A stretch of 64,000 nucleotides of DNA from Malacoraja senta. Taxonomy: Eukaryota. The stretch is from NCBI GenBank assembly GCA_038087875.1, contig CM075995.1:1304001-1368000 (forward strand), read 5' to 3'. The translations under genes and the position numbers were made by a program. Under the pieces are notes generated by a model. It saw only the letters and a list, made by a program, of their open reading frames with translations, did no database searches and was not told where the DNA came from. Shown one piece after another: positions 48,701-60,845 of this stretch (position 1 is the stretch's first letter; every line of letters begins with the position of its first letter).

Positions 48701-51700
48701 GGTAACTTTTCGGGTCGAGACCCTTCTTCAGATCCTTCTTAGGACCCGTACACTAGTTCTATCCTACCCACCAAGAACAATTCAGCCCATCAAATCTACT
48801 CTGCTATTCACTCGTTGGCTGATCTATCTCCCCCTCCTAACCCTATTCTCCTGCCTTCTCCACATAACCTCTGACACCTGTACTAATCAAGAATCTATAT
48901 ATCTCTGCCTTAAAAATATCCACTGACAGCCTCCACAGACTTCTGCGGCAAAGAATTCCACAGATTCACCACCCTCTGAATGAAGAACTTTTTCCTCATC
49001 TTCCTAAAAGAACATCCTTTAATTCTGAGGCTATGACCTTTACTCCTAGACTCTCCCACTAGTGGAAACATCCTCTCCACACCCACTCTATCCAAGCCTT
49101 TCACTGTTTTGTATGATGAGGTTGGAGGAGGTGCAAGTGAATCTCTGGCTAGCCTGAGGTAGCAGGCAAGCTATCCGCCCTGCACAAGATAGATATTAAA
49201 ATACACTTTCTCATCCTGTCCCCGGAGTCTTGTCGGGTGCTGCGTTGCCCAGTGATGAATGAGTAGCTGTTATTCTAGCCTCCACCACTTGCTGACGCGT
49301 TCCAGCAGCCTCGGTCCCTGAGCTCCAGAACTCCCTCCATAATCGTTTACCTCTTTTGCTCATTCAAGACGTGATATGGAGACGATGTTTCCTCTTGTGG
49401 GAGAGTCTAGGACTAGAGATCACAGCCACAGAATTAAAGGATGTTCTTTTAAGACGGAGATGAGGACAAATGTCTTTAGTCGGAGGGTGATGAATCTGTG
49501 GAATTCTTTGCCACAGAAGGCAGTGGAGGCCAAGTCAGTGGATATTTGTATGGCAGAGATGATATCAGTACGGGTGTCAGGGGTTATGGGGAGAAGGCAG
49601 GAGAATGAGGTTAGGAGGGAGAGACAGATCAGCCATGATTGAATGGCAGAGTAGACGATGGGCCGAATGGATTAATTCTACTCCTGTCGCTTATGACCTT
49701 ATGACCTAAGGCTTGCCAAAGCCTTTTCCCACTTAGGCGACTCTTTAGGCAGCTCTCAGGGGTTCACCTACGACACCTGGCTGCAACCTATGACAACTTT
49801 TTCGGCAGTTGCCTGTGGTCACCTAAAAAATCGCCTAAGTGGGACAGGCCCAAGTCTTTCTTTGCTTGTACCAACATCTCCAATGCAGCTCAGACACATT
49901 TTATTCGACATGATTTCATGGAGTCAGAGAGTCCAAAGAAACAGGCCCTTCTGTTCACCACACCCATTGCTGTCCCATCCACACTAATCCCACGGTGGCG
50001 CAGTGGCGCAGTGGTAGAGCTGCTGCCTTACAGCACAAGAGACCCAGGTTCGATCCTGACTATGGGCGCTGTCTGTATGGAGTTTGTACGTTCTCCCCGT
50101 GACCTGCGTGGGTTTTCTCCGAGATCTTCGGTTCCCTCCCACACTCCAAAGTTGTCCCTAGTGTGTTTATGATAGTGCTGATGTGTGGGAATCTCTGGTC
50201 GGCGTGGACTCGGTGGGCCGAAGGGCCTGTTCCCACACTGCATCTCTAAACTAAACTAAATTAAATTCCTTCCCAGGCGATATCCTGGTGAAGACAAAAT
50301 GTGCAGAAAGGAACTGCAAGTGCTGCTTTATTCCGAAGATAGACGCAAAGTGCTGGAGTAACTCACCGGGTCGGGCTGCATTTCTGGAGGAAAAAAGGAT
50401 GCGTGACATTTCGGGTCGGGACCCTTCTTCAGACGGTGAATCTGGTCCTGGTGAAGCCGGTCCTGGTGAATCTCCTCTGCTACCTTCCTTTATTGTGGTG
50501 ACCAAAACTTCCCGCAATACTCCAGCTGTGGCTTAGTCAAAGTTTTATGAAGTTGTACCATAATCTCCCTCCAGTTATATTCCACACCACAGTTAATGAG
50601 GACCAGGAGCACTTATTCCTCTGACCTAAAACGTCACCTATCCATGTTCTCCAGAGATGCTGCCTGACCCGCTGAGTTGCTCCAGCGCTTTGTGCCTCTT
50701 TTCATCACCTGTGCTGCCATCTTAGACAATAGACAATAGGTGCAGGAGTAGGCCATTCGGCCCTTTGAGCCAGCACAGCCATTCAATGTCATCATGGCTG
50801 ATCATCCGCAATCAGTGCCCCGTTCCTGCCTTCTCCCCATATCCCTGACTCCGCTATCTTTAAGAGCCATATCTAGCTCTCTCTTGAAAGTATCCAGAGA
50901 ACCGGCCTCCACTGCCCTCTGAGGCAGAGAATTCCACAGACTCACAACTCTCTGTGAGAAAAAGTGTTTCCTCATCTCTGTTCTAAATGGCTTACCCCTT
51001 ATTCTTAAACTGTGGTCCCTGGTTCTGGACTCCCCCAACATCGGGAACATGTTTCCTGCCTCTAGCGTGTCCAAACCCTTAACAATCTTATATGTTTCAA
51101 TGAGATATCCTCTCATCCTTCTATACTCCAGAGTGTACAAGCCCAGCCGCTCCATTCTCTCAGCATATGACAGTCCCGCCATCCCGGGAATTAACCTTGT
51201 AAGCCTACGCTGCACTCCCTCAATAGCAATATCTTCAGGGACTTTGAACTGGTACACCAAGTTTCCTCCCTCTCTCAATACTTCCTGGAGTTCTGCTGTT
51301 CATAGTGCATGTTCCAACAGTTTTATACTTCCCAAATGTCTCGCTTATGCTCTGGGATACTTCACTATGTCCAAAATGCGATATAAAAGTAGATTTTTCT
51401 TGCGGTAGCAAAGTTTCTGGCATAAATTGGTAAGTTATCGGAGCAGAATTAGGCCATTGGGCCCATCAAGTCATTCAATCATGGCTGATCAATTTTTCCC
51501 TCAGCCCCATTCCCCTGCTTTCGCCCCATAACCTTTGATTTTAGAATTTGGAGATTCAGTGTGGAAACGGGCCCTTCGGCCCACCGAGTTCATGCTGACA
51601 ATGATCACCCCTACACTAGTGTGTAGGAAGGAGCTACAGATGCTGGTTTAAACTGAACATAGACACAAAATGCTGGAGTAACTCAGCGGGACAGGCAACA

Positions 51701-51799
51701 TCTCTGGAGGGAAGGAATGGGTGACTTTTCGGGTCGAGACCCTTCTTCAGATCCTTCTTAGGACCCGTACACTAGTTCTATCCTACCCACCAAGACCAA
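45735..51799. repeat. ~3 kb direct tandem duplication (45735-48780 and 48781-51799)
   Basis: ORF-track pairs offset by 3046 then 3019 bp (46330/49376, 47232/50251, 47783/50802). Scattered substitutions and a net 27-bp length difference near 46945-46980. Confidence 0.92.
46674..46805. mobile_element. Short Harbinger-like MITE (duplicated near 49720-49851)
   Basis: TCCCACTTAGGCGA...TCGCCTAAGTGGGACAGGCCC termini; the TSD is not clean. Confidence 0.6.
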
Positions 51800-53008
51800 T
51801 TTGCAGAAGGCAATTAACCTACAAACCTGCATGTTTATGGAATGTGAAAGGAATCCAGGGCACCCAGAGAAAGCCCACATGCTCACAGGGAGAACATGCA
51901 AACTCCACACAGACAGCACCCATAGTCTGGATCGAACCCAGGTCTCCGGTGCTGTAAGGCAACAACTTTACAGCTGCTTTAGAGAATACAGAAATGGGAT
52001 TGTGTTTGAAACAGAGCTTGGATGAATATTACCCAAATAGAGAATGGAGAATGAGATGAGGAGAGATTTCTTTTGGCAGTGGCTGGCAAATCTGTGGAAT
52101 TCATTGTCGCAGACGGTGATTGAGGCCAAGTTAGTGGGTATTTTTAAACTGGTGAGAGAAATGTCCTTGATTAGTAAGGGCTTCGTTTTAGTTTAGTTTA
52201 GAGATACATCGCAGAAACAGGCCCGTCGGCCCACTGAGTCCACGATCCCCGCACATTAACACTACCCGACACAGACTAGGGACAATTTTACATTTTACAT
52301 TAAGCCAACTAACCTACAAACCTGTACGTCTTTGGAGTGCGGGAGGAAAACGAAGATTTGGGAGAAATCCCACGCAGGTCACGGGGAGAACGTACAAACT
52401 CCGTACAGACAGCACCCGCAGTCAGGATCGAACCCGGGTCTCTGCCGCTGGTTTAAAAGTGTGGAGTGGGTGTAATACGTGATTGCAGATTCACTTTTGG
52501 CATCAGCCTGTCTCGGGCACCATCGGTGAAAAGTAGATTGGAAATTAATGCTGCTATTTTGATGATCCAGTTTTTTTATGGATTAGAGATCAAATATCAG
52601 GAACGAACAGTGTCATACAGCGTGGAAACAGGCCCTTCGGCCCAACTTGCCCACACCGGCACCATGTCCCAGCTACACCCGTCCCACCTGCCTGCATTTG
52701 GCCCATATCCCTCCAAACCTGTCCTATCCATGTACCTGTCTAAATGTTTCTTAAAGATCGCAATAGTACCTGCCTCAACTACCTCCTCCGGCAACTCGTT
52801 CCGTACACCTATCACCTTTTGCATGAAAAAGTTACCCCGCGTGTTCCTATTAAATCTTTCCCCCCTCACCTTAAATCCTCCAGTTCTCGATTCCCCTCCT
52901 CTGGGCAAGAGACTCGGTGCGTCTACCCGATCTATTCCTCTCATGATTTTGCGCACCTCTATACGATCGTAGATATTGTCCAGTGTATTCACGGGCTTAG
53001 AAACTCTA

Positions 53009-53266
53009 GCCCTGCAGTGGGGGTGACTCTAAACAATAGCGTTACTGAGTGAAGCAATGCCACTTTAATTGATATTTGGATTCAGCACAACAATTTATCA
53101 TGTCCCCAATTAGAGCTTCTTGTGCATTCACATCACTGGTTTGTTGTGATCGCTCTGCGTGCACTAATTGAGAGCATGATAAATTGTTGCAGGTTGAATT
53201 AAAATACCAATTAGGGTGATATTACATAATTCAATAAAACTTTGCGATGGATTCCTCACTGCAAGC
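53009..53266. repeat. ~255-bp imperfect palindrome
   Basis: Perfect core arms CAACAATTTATCATG (53088-53102) / CATGATAAATTGTTG (53175-53189). Pairing extends out to TGCAGTG / CACTGCA and in to about 53138. Confidence 0.85.
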
Positions 53267-55908
53267 CGGTCCATATGAGGCTCTTCTGCATGTATATATA
53301 TATATACATTGGAGCTAGACACTTAATGCTGGAGTAACTCAGCGGGACAGGCAGCATCTATCTGTGGATAGAAGGAATGGGTGACGTTTCGGGTCGAGAC
53401 ACTTCTTCAGACTGAGAGTCAGGGGAGGGGGAGACACAGAGATAAGGACGGGTAAGGTGTGAAAACGAGATATCAAAGGGGACGGAGGGTAAACCAGCAT
53501 CTGCAATTCCTTCCTACACGTACCGTATATATAAAGGGATCACTTGGTCATAACTACTTCACCAAGCCCAGTATACTTGAGTTTAGTTTAGAGATACAGC
53601 GCGGAAACAGGCCCTTCGGCCCCACCGGGTCCGCACCGACCGGCGATCCCCCTACATTAACACTATCCTACACACATCCCAAGCCAATTAAACTACAAAC
53701 CTGTACATCTTTGGAGTGTGGGAGGAAACCGAAGATACAGTCAAAGGGTGATACAGTGTGGCAGCAGGCCCTTCGGCCCAACTTACCCACACCGGCCAAC
53801 ACGTCCCAGCTACACTTGCCACACTTGCTCCCCGTTTGGGCCATATCCCATCAAACCCGTCCTATCCATGTACTTGTCCAAACATTTCTTAAACATTGTG
53901 ATACTGCCTGCCTCAACTACCTCCTCCAGCAGCTCGTTCCATACACCCATCACCCGCTGTGTGAAAACGTTACCTCTCAGGTTCATTCTTAAAGTGAAAT
54001 GAATGAAAACGCTCAGAAAAGAAGCATTTACCTTTCGAATGGAGACGAAGAGATACAGCGCGGAAACAGGCCCTTCGGCCCACCGGCTCCGCGCCAACCA
54101 GCGATCCCCGCACATTAACACTTTCCTACACCCACTGTGGACAATTTTTTTTATTATTTAGCAAGCCAATTAACCGACAAACATGTACGTCTATGGAGTG
54201 TGGGAGGAAACCGAAGATCTCGGAAAAACACACGCAGGTCATGGGGAGAACGTACAGACTCCGAATAGACAGCACCCGAATGGAGACGAGGAGGAATTTC
54301 TTTAGCCAGAAGGTAGTGAATCTGTGGAATTCACCGCCGCAGACAGCTACAGAGGCCACGTCAATGGGCATTTTTAAAGCAGAGAATGGCAGGATTAATA
54401 AGGGCATTGTGACAGGAGAATGGGGTTGAGAAGGAAAACCCGATCAGCCATGACGGAATGGTGGAGTAGACTTGATGGGCCGAATGGCCATAATTCTGCT
54501 CCTATGTCTTACGGTCTAAGCCAAAAATTACAAGCACGAAATTTCCATCCTAGTTATTTTGACCAACCACTGGTTAATGTACCTAACAACAAAAGAGGAC
54601 TGCGCAAAAATCACTATCTAAGGACAGTAGAAATAATGGCATCTGGAGGAATCTCAGCCCTACTGACTGTATTCAAAGGTACCACATTATCCATTCACTA
54701 AGAATTTTCAAAGTCCGATTTTTTTTTTTTTAGTTTAGTTTCGAGATACAGCGCGGAAACAAACACACAGACCATCTTTTTAGGATCGGCATTAGTCAAT
54801 AGACAATAGACAATAGACAATAGGTGCAGGAGTAGGCCATTCGGCACTTCGAGCCAGCACCGCCATTCAATGTGATCATGGCTGATCGTCCCCAATCAGT
54901 ACCCCGTTCCTGCCTTCTCCCCATATCCCCTGACTCCGCTATTTTTAAGAGCCCTATCTAGCTCTCTCTTGAAAGCATCCAGAGAACTTGCCTCCACCGC
55001 CCTCTGAGGCAGAGAATTCCACAGACTCACCACTCTCTGTGAGAAAAAGTGTTTCCTCGTCTCCGTTCTAAATGGCTTACTCCTTATTCTTAAACTGTGG
55101 CCCCTGGTTCTGGACCATCAGCAGTAAATCAGCAGCTTAGTTTAGTTTAGTTTAGTTTAGAGATACAGCGCAGAAACAGGCCCTTCTGTCCACCGGGTCC
55201 GCGCTGACCAGCGATCCCCGCACATGAACTCTACCCTACACACACCAGGTTAATTCACATTTATACCAAACCAATTAACCTACAAACCTGTACGTCTTTG
55301 GAGTGTGGGTGGAAACCGAAGATCTCGGCGAAAACCCACGCAGGGGAAAACGTACAAACTCCGTAGACATGCACCCGTAGTCAGGATCGAACCCGGGTCC
55401 CTGGCGCCGTAAGGCAGCAACTCTACCGCTGCGCCACCGTGCCGCCCAGTTTAAAATGACTGCAGGTGAAGGCTAAAGGGTATTTTTCATTACATTCACA
55501 AGATTGCCCAAAGGAACACAAGGAAGAGCTTAAAGTTAACATAACCGCCACAGATTGCCAGTTGCGTAAGTTTGGCCAAGAGTGAAGCAAAAAGCTTTGC
55601 TAAGTGTTGCCAGGTGCGTGTGATGTTCATCGCCAATTAGCGCAAATGGCAATATTCTAATTTGTTGAACTAATTTCCAGCACTCAAACCTGAAAAACAA
55701 AACCATTTCATCTGCTTCAGAAGTGCCCTTCAGAACTTGCATTTTTTGTCTTTAGAAATATAGAAAATAGGTACGGGAGTAGGCCATTCGTCCCTTCGAG
55801 CCCGCAGTGCCATTCAATATGATCATGGCTGAATATCCAAAATCAGTAATCCGTTCCTGCTTTCTCCCCATATCCCTTGATTCCGTTACCCCTAAGAGCT
55901 ATATCTAA

Positions 55909-56451
55909 GGGGGCTGTCCCACTTGGGCGACCTAATTGGCGAGTTTAGAAGAGTATAGGAGAGTTTGAAAAAAAGTAATGTTGAAGACCTCCTTCGACTA
56001 TGTAAAAGACCTCCTTCGACCTCCTTCGACTATGTTGAAGACCAGCTTCGACCAGCTATGACTAGTTACAACTAACTTTGGGGAAATTGGACACCGAATA
56101 GTGGAGAGTGAAGACGGCCTCCTTCGATCTCCTTCGACCTCCCTTCGAATATGATGAAGACTATCTATGACTATCTTTGACTACCCTCAATTACCTACGA
56201 CTAACATGCCGACCTACTACGACTAAACCTACGAGTAAAAAAGTATCGTTTTTTTCAGTGGCGATTTTACTCGCAGGCATTTTTCAACATGTTGAAAAAT
56301 ACGCCGTGACCTAGCTGAGGCTTTGAGTACGCGGGGACCACTCTCGAGCATGAAGGAGAGTTACAAAGACCTCCTACGACCTTGTGTCGACCATGCTGCG
56401 GGTATGAGTCGAGGACAAACTCGCCAGAACTCGCGGATTGGGACAGGCCCT
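55909..56451. mobile_element. Harbinger/PIF-like MITE inserted in a CR1 tail
   Basis: GGGGGCTGTCCCA...TGGGACAGGCCCT termini with TAA TSD (55906-55908, 56452-56454). Removing it restores host ATATCTAACTCTCTC. Internally related to 7020-7514. Confidence 0.85.
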
Positions 56452-59047
56452 TAACTCTCTCATGAAAATGTCCAGTGATTCGGCCTCCACTGCCTTCTGT
56501 GGCAGAGAATTCCACAGATTCACAACTCTCTGGGTGAAAACGTTTTTCCTCATCTCAGTCCTAAATGGCCTACCCCTTATTCTTAAACTGTGACCCCCTT
56601 TCTCTGCTTCCAGCCCCGACTAACCATAATACGGCAATGTTGTAACGTGGTTAAGTAGTGTTATGATGGGGCAGTGCAGTAGATGTGGTTCAGTAAGGTT
56701 TTCGACAAGGTATCATATGGGGCACTAGTCCAACAGAGCTGCGCCAATGCGTTTTTGGGTAGCTTGATAATTAAATCCCGGATAGACACAAAACGCTGGA
56801 GTAACTCAGTGGGACAGGGAGCATCTCTGGAGAGAAGGAATGGGTGACGTTTCGGTTCGAGACCCTTCTTCAGACTCACTTTGGCTTGGTAATAGCAGAC
56901 AGATGGAGATGGTAGGGCATTGCTTTTGTGATTGGATGCCTCGGACTAGTAGTATCTCACTTATCGTGTATCTGTACACTGGGGGCAGCTCGATTGTAAT
57001 CATGTATAGTCTTTCCGCTGACTGGTTAGCACTCGACAAAAGCTTTTCACTGTACCTCGGTACACGTGACAATCAACTGAACAGAACTCAACTCAATTCA
57101 AGTTCATTGGTTATAGGAGCAGAATTAGGCCATTTGGCCCATCAAGTCTACTCCGCCATTCAATCATCGCTGATCTATCTTTCCCTCTTAACCCCATTCT
57201 CCTGCCTTCTCCTTATAATCCCTGACACTCGTACTAATCAAGAATCTGTCAATCTCTGCCTTGACTCCATCAGACACTTTATACGGGGCCTGTACTCGCT
57301 AGAGTTTAGAAGAGTGAGGTGGGACCTCATTGAAACGTACTGAACAGTGAAAGGCTTGGATAGAGTGGAGGTGGAGAGGATGTCTCCACTAGTGGGAGAG
57401 TCTAGGACCAGAAATCATAGTCTCAGAATTAAAGGATGTTCCTTTATGAAGGAGATGAGGAGGAATTTCTTTAGTCAGAGGGTGGTGAATCTGTGGAATT
57501 CTTTGCCATTGAAGGCTGTGGAAGCCGTCAATGGGTATTTTTTAAGGCAGAGATAGATAGATTCTTGATTAGTGCGGGTGTCAAGGGTTATGGGGAGAAG
57601 TTTTTTATTTAGTCGTAAACCAGCGTCAGAGACCCAGGTTCGATCCTGACCATGGGTGCTGTCTGTACGGAGGTTGTACGTTCTTCCTGTGTGGGTTTTC
57701 TCCGAGATCTTCGGTTTCCTCCCACACTCCAAACACGTACAGTATTGTAGGTTAATTGGCCAGGTACAGGTGTAAATTGTCCCTATTGCGTGGGATAGTG
57801 ACAATGTGTGGGGATTGCCGGTGGGCGCGGACTTGGTGGGCCAAAGGGCCTGTTTCTGCGCTGTACCTCCAAACTAAAACTAAACTAAACAAATCAAATG
57901 ACTCATTATCGTTGTTTGCGAGACATTTTGTGTTTGCATTATTACGACAGAGACTTCAGTGCAAAATGGTGGTTCGTTGGCTTTGAGGTGCCCTTGGATA
58001 GTGTGAGGTTGCAAAAAAATCGAGGTGGCTGCCAGTTTCAATCCATTATTCTTTAATTGTGCCTCTCGTCTGGGGGAAATATTGAAGCTTTCATCTTACT
58101 GCGATCAAAATACGCTCGCCATCATAAAAGAAGTGACAAACCGCACATGACCAATTATTTCATTCATTGAACCTCAAAGCATTATTTTATTAATTACCCT
58201 CAATGCAAGTGAGAATTCCGTGAATGTTCGCAACAACAGTCAACATTTAAAATGCGTTTTCCAAATCCAGTTTATTCGTCTCTCTGTTTGGGCCGGGAAC
58301 CATATTTCCCTCGGGCTTTGAGCAAATCCCTCTGAAATTCATTATGATGTGGCTTGTGTTTCATGCTGGTTAGATGACAGCTTGAACAACATGCCTGGGC
58401 TGAAGATTAAAGGAGGGACCATTAGGAGACTGGAAGGGGATTTGTGAAACTGGCTGGAGGAACAAATTGGAGGGGGGAATAAAAAAATAGCATAACATCA
58501 TACAGTACAAGATTGTTCATCTGAGAGGACTCGAAGAAAGGAATTTGCCTCCCAGCTTGGCTTCTGACTGGAGAAGCAGGCAACACTGAGCACAAGGGCT
58601 CGAGGCACAAAATAATTCATTGCGGGTCTACTTGGAAATTAGAAGGTGATTAAAGCAGCGTATGAAGTTTTCACAAACTGAAACGATAGGCACAGATCGG
58701 ATAGATGCAGAGAGTCTCTTGCCCCAGAGTAGGTGAATCGAGGACCAAAGGACATGGGTTTTTTTAGTTGTGGTTTTAGAGATACAGTGTGGAAACAGGC
58801 CCTTCAGCCCACCGAGTCCGCACCGACCAGCGATCCCCGCACACTAACGCTTTCCTACACACCCTAGGGACAACTTACACATACACCAAGCCATTTAACC
58901 CACATACCTGCACGTCTTTGGAGTGTGGGAGCAAACTGAATATCTCAGAGAAAACCCACGCGGTCACAGGGAGAACGTATGAACTCCGTACACACAGCGC
59001 CCGTAGTCATGATCAAACCCGGGTCTCTGGCGCTGCACGCGCAGTAA

Positions 59048-59443
59048 AGGCCCTGTCCCACTTAGGAGAACCTAAACAGCAACCTCTGGTGACCTTGCCT
59101 GCCACCCAAAAAAAAATCATGGTCGAGGTGACCGGCAACCTCCTACCACCTCCCACACATATGTTGAAAACCTTCCTCGACTATGAAGAAAACCGGCTTC
59201 GACTAGACCTGCGACTAAAAAAATTATTGATTTTTAAAACGGCAACCTATTTTTAGTCGAGGCCGGTTTTAATCATGATGAAAAAATAGCAGCAACCTAG
59301 ATGAAGCCTCGACCACACGGAAACCACTTTCAACCATTAGGGAGAGTGACCAAAACCTCCGGTGACCTCATGGAAACCTTGGGTGGCGGGCGGGCAAGGC
59401 CACCAGAGGTTGCTGTTTAGGTCTCCTAAGTGGGACAGGGGCT
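59048..59443. mobile_element. Harbinger/PIF-like MITE inserted in a V-SINE
   Basis: ~60-bp imperfect TIRs starting AGGCCCTGTCCCACTTAGGAG; flanks are TAA and TTA. Confidence 0.8.
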
Positions 59444-59599
59444 TTAGGCAGCAATTCTACCGCTGCGCCAATGTGGCCGCCCGGGGAAAAGATTTAACAG
59501 GAATATCTCGTGTGTAGAAAATAGGAATTCCTACACATGAGATAAAGACACAAGGAGCTGCAGGTGCTGGAATCTTGAACAAAACGTGCAAAGATTTAC

Positions 59600-60035
59600 G
59601 GTGTGAGGATGTTGGCAAGACTGGAGGGCCTGAGGTCTCATGAGAGGTTGCGCAGGCTAGGACTCTATTCCCTGGAGCGCAGGAGGATGAGGGGTGATCT
59701 TATAAAAGTAAACAAAATCATGAGAGGAATAGATCGGGTAGAGTCTCTTGCCCGGAGTAGGTGAATCAAGGACCAGAGGACATAGGTTTAAGGTGAAGGG
59801 GAGAAGATTTAATAGAAATCTGAGGGGTAACCTTTTGACACAAAGTGTGGTGGGTGTAGCTGCCAGAGGAGGTGGTTGAGGCTGGGACTATCCCAACATT
59901 TAAGAAACAGTTAGACAGGCACATGGATAGGTCAAGTTTGCAGGGATATGGACCAAACGCAGGCCGGTGGGACTAGTGTAGCTGGGACATGTTGGTCGGT
60001 GTGGGGAAGTTGGGCTGAAGGGCCTGTTTCCACAC
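59600..60035 (+). mobile_element. CR1 3' fragment. Many others are present, e.g. 1174-1462, 8265-9090, 38705-39540, 47705-48210, 52610-52965, 54800-55115
   Basis: GLYSLERRRMRGDL-type coding remnant and the GGGCTGAAGGGCCTGTTTCCACACTGT tail. Confidence 0.8.
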
Positions 60036-60039
60036 TGTG

Positions 60040-60845
60040 TGCACACTCCGGAAGTGGCGGCGCTGTTAATCGGCTGCGGCTCGCCTGCAGTCCGTCTGTT
60101 TTTACTTTTTTCTGTTGTTTTTTTTTGTCTTGTTTTGTTAAGTTTTCGTTTGTTGGGTTGTGTTAGGGGGGGAGAAACATGTCCTCTGTCTCCTCCTTCG
60201 GGGGAATGCGACTTTTTCGTGTCGTATCCCCCTTCCTTGCCTCCGTCTGCGGTGAGGCCTAATGGCGGGGCTGGCCACCTCCATCCTGCGACCGACCCCG
60301 AGGCTACGGAGGCAGAGCCAGCCAGGACTTACCAACGGGAGGCTGGCCGTCTTCGGGGCTGAGGCAGCGGTGGCCCGACTTGCTGGTGCGGCGTTCTGGC
60401 TTTCGGCGGCAGCCTGGAGCTGATGCAGCGGGGTCCGGAGCGGAGACTGTGGGACCTGGAGCTGGTGCAGCGGGGTCTGGAGCGGAGACTTCGGGACCTG
60501 GAGCTGATGCTGTGGCGGGCCGTCTCGGAGCGGAGACGGCGTTCCGGCTTTCGGCGGCGGCGACATCACCACGGAGGTCCGCTGGACTGGAGGGCGGCAT
60601 CTTCGGCCTGGATCGATCGCCTCAGCACAGAGGGAGAACAAGGAGGGAAGAGACGGAGACTAAGACTTTGCCTCCATCACAGTGAGGGTGTGCTTGGTGA
60701 ACTCACTGTGGTGGATGTTTAATTTGTGTTTATTGTATGTTTTGTTATTATTGGTTCTGTGTATGACTGCAGGCATCACAATTTCGTTCAGACCGAAAGG
60801 TCTGAATGACAATAAAGGAAATCTTGAATCTTGAACTTGAACTTG
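60040..60845 (+). mobile_element. GC-rich non-coding retroelement, apparently full length (third family member)
   Basis: Starts CACTCCGGAAGTGGCGGCGC and has internal 42-bp repeats (60414-60520). Conserved stem at 60673-60715, GAAA hairpin at 60787-60806, tail TGACAATAAAGGAAATCTTGAATCTTGA. Confidence 0.65.
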
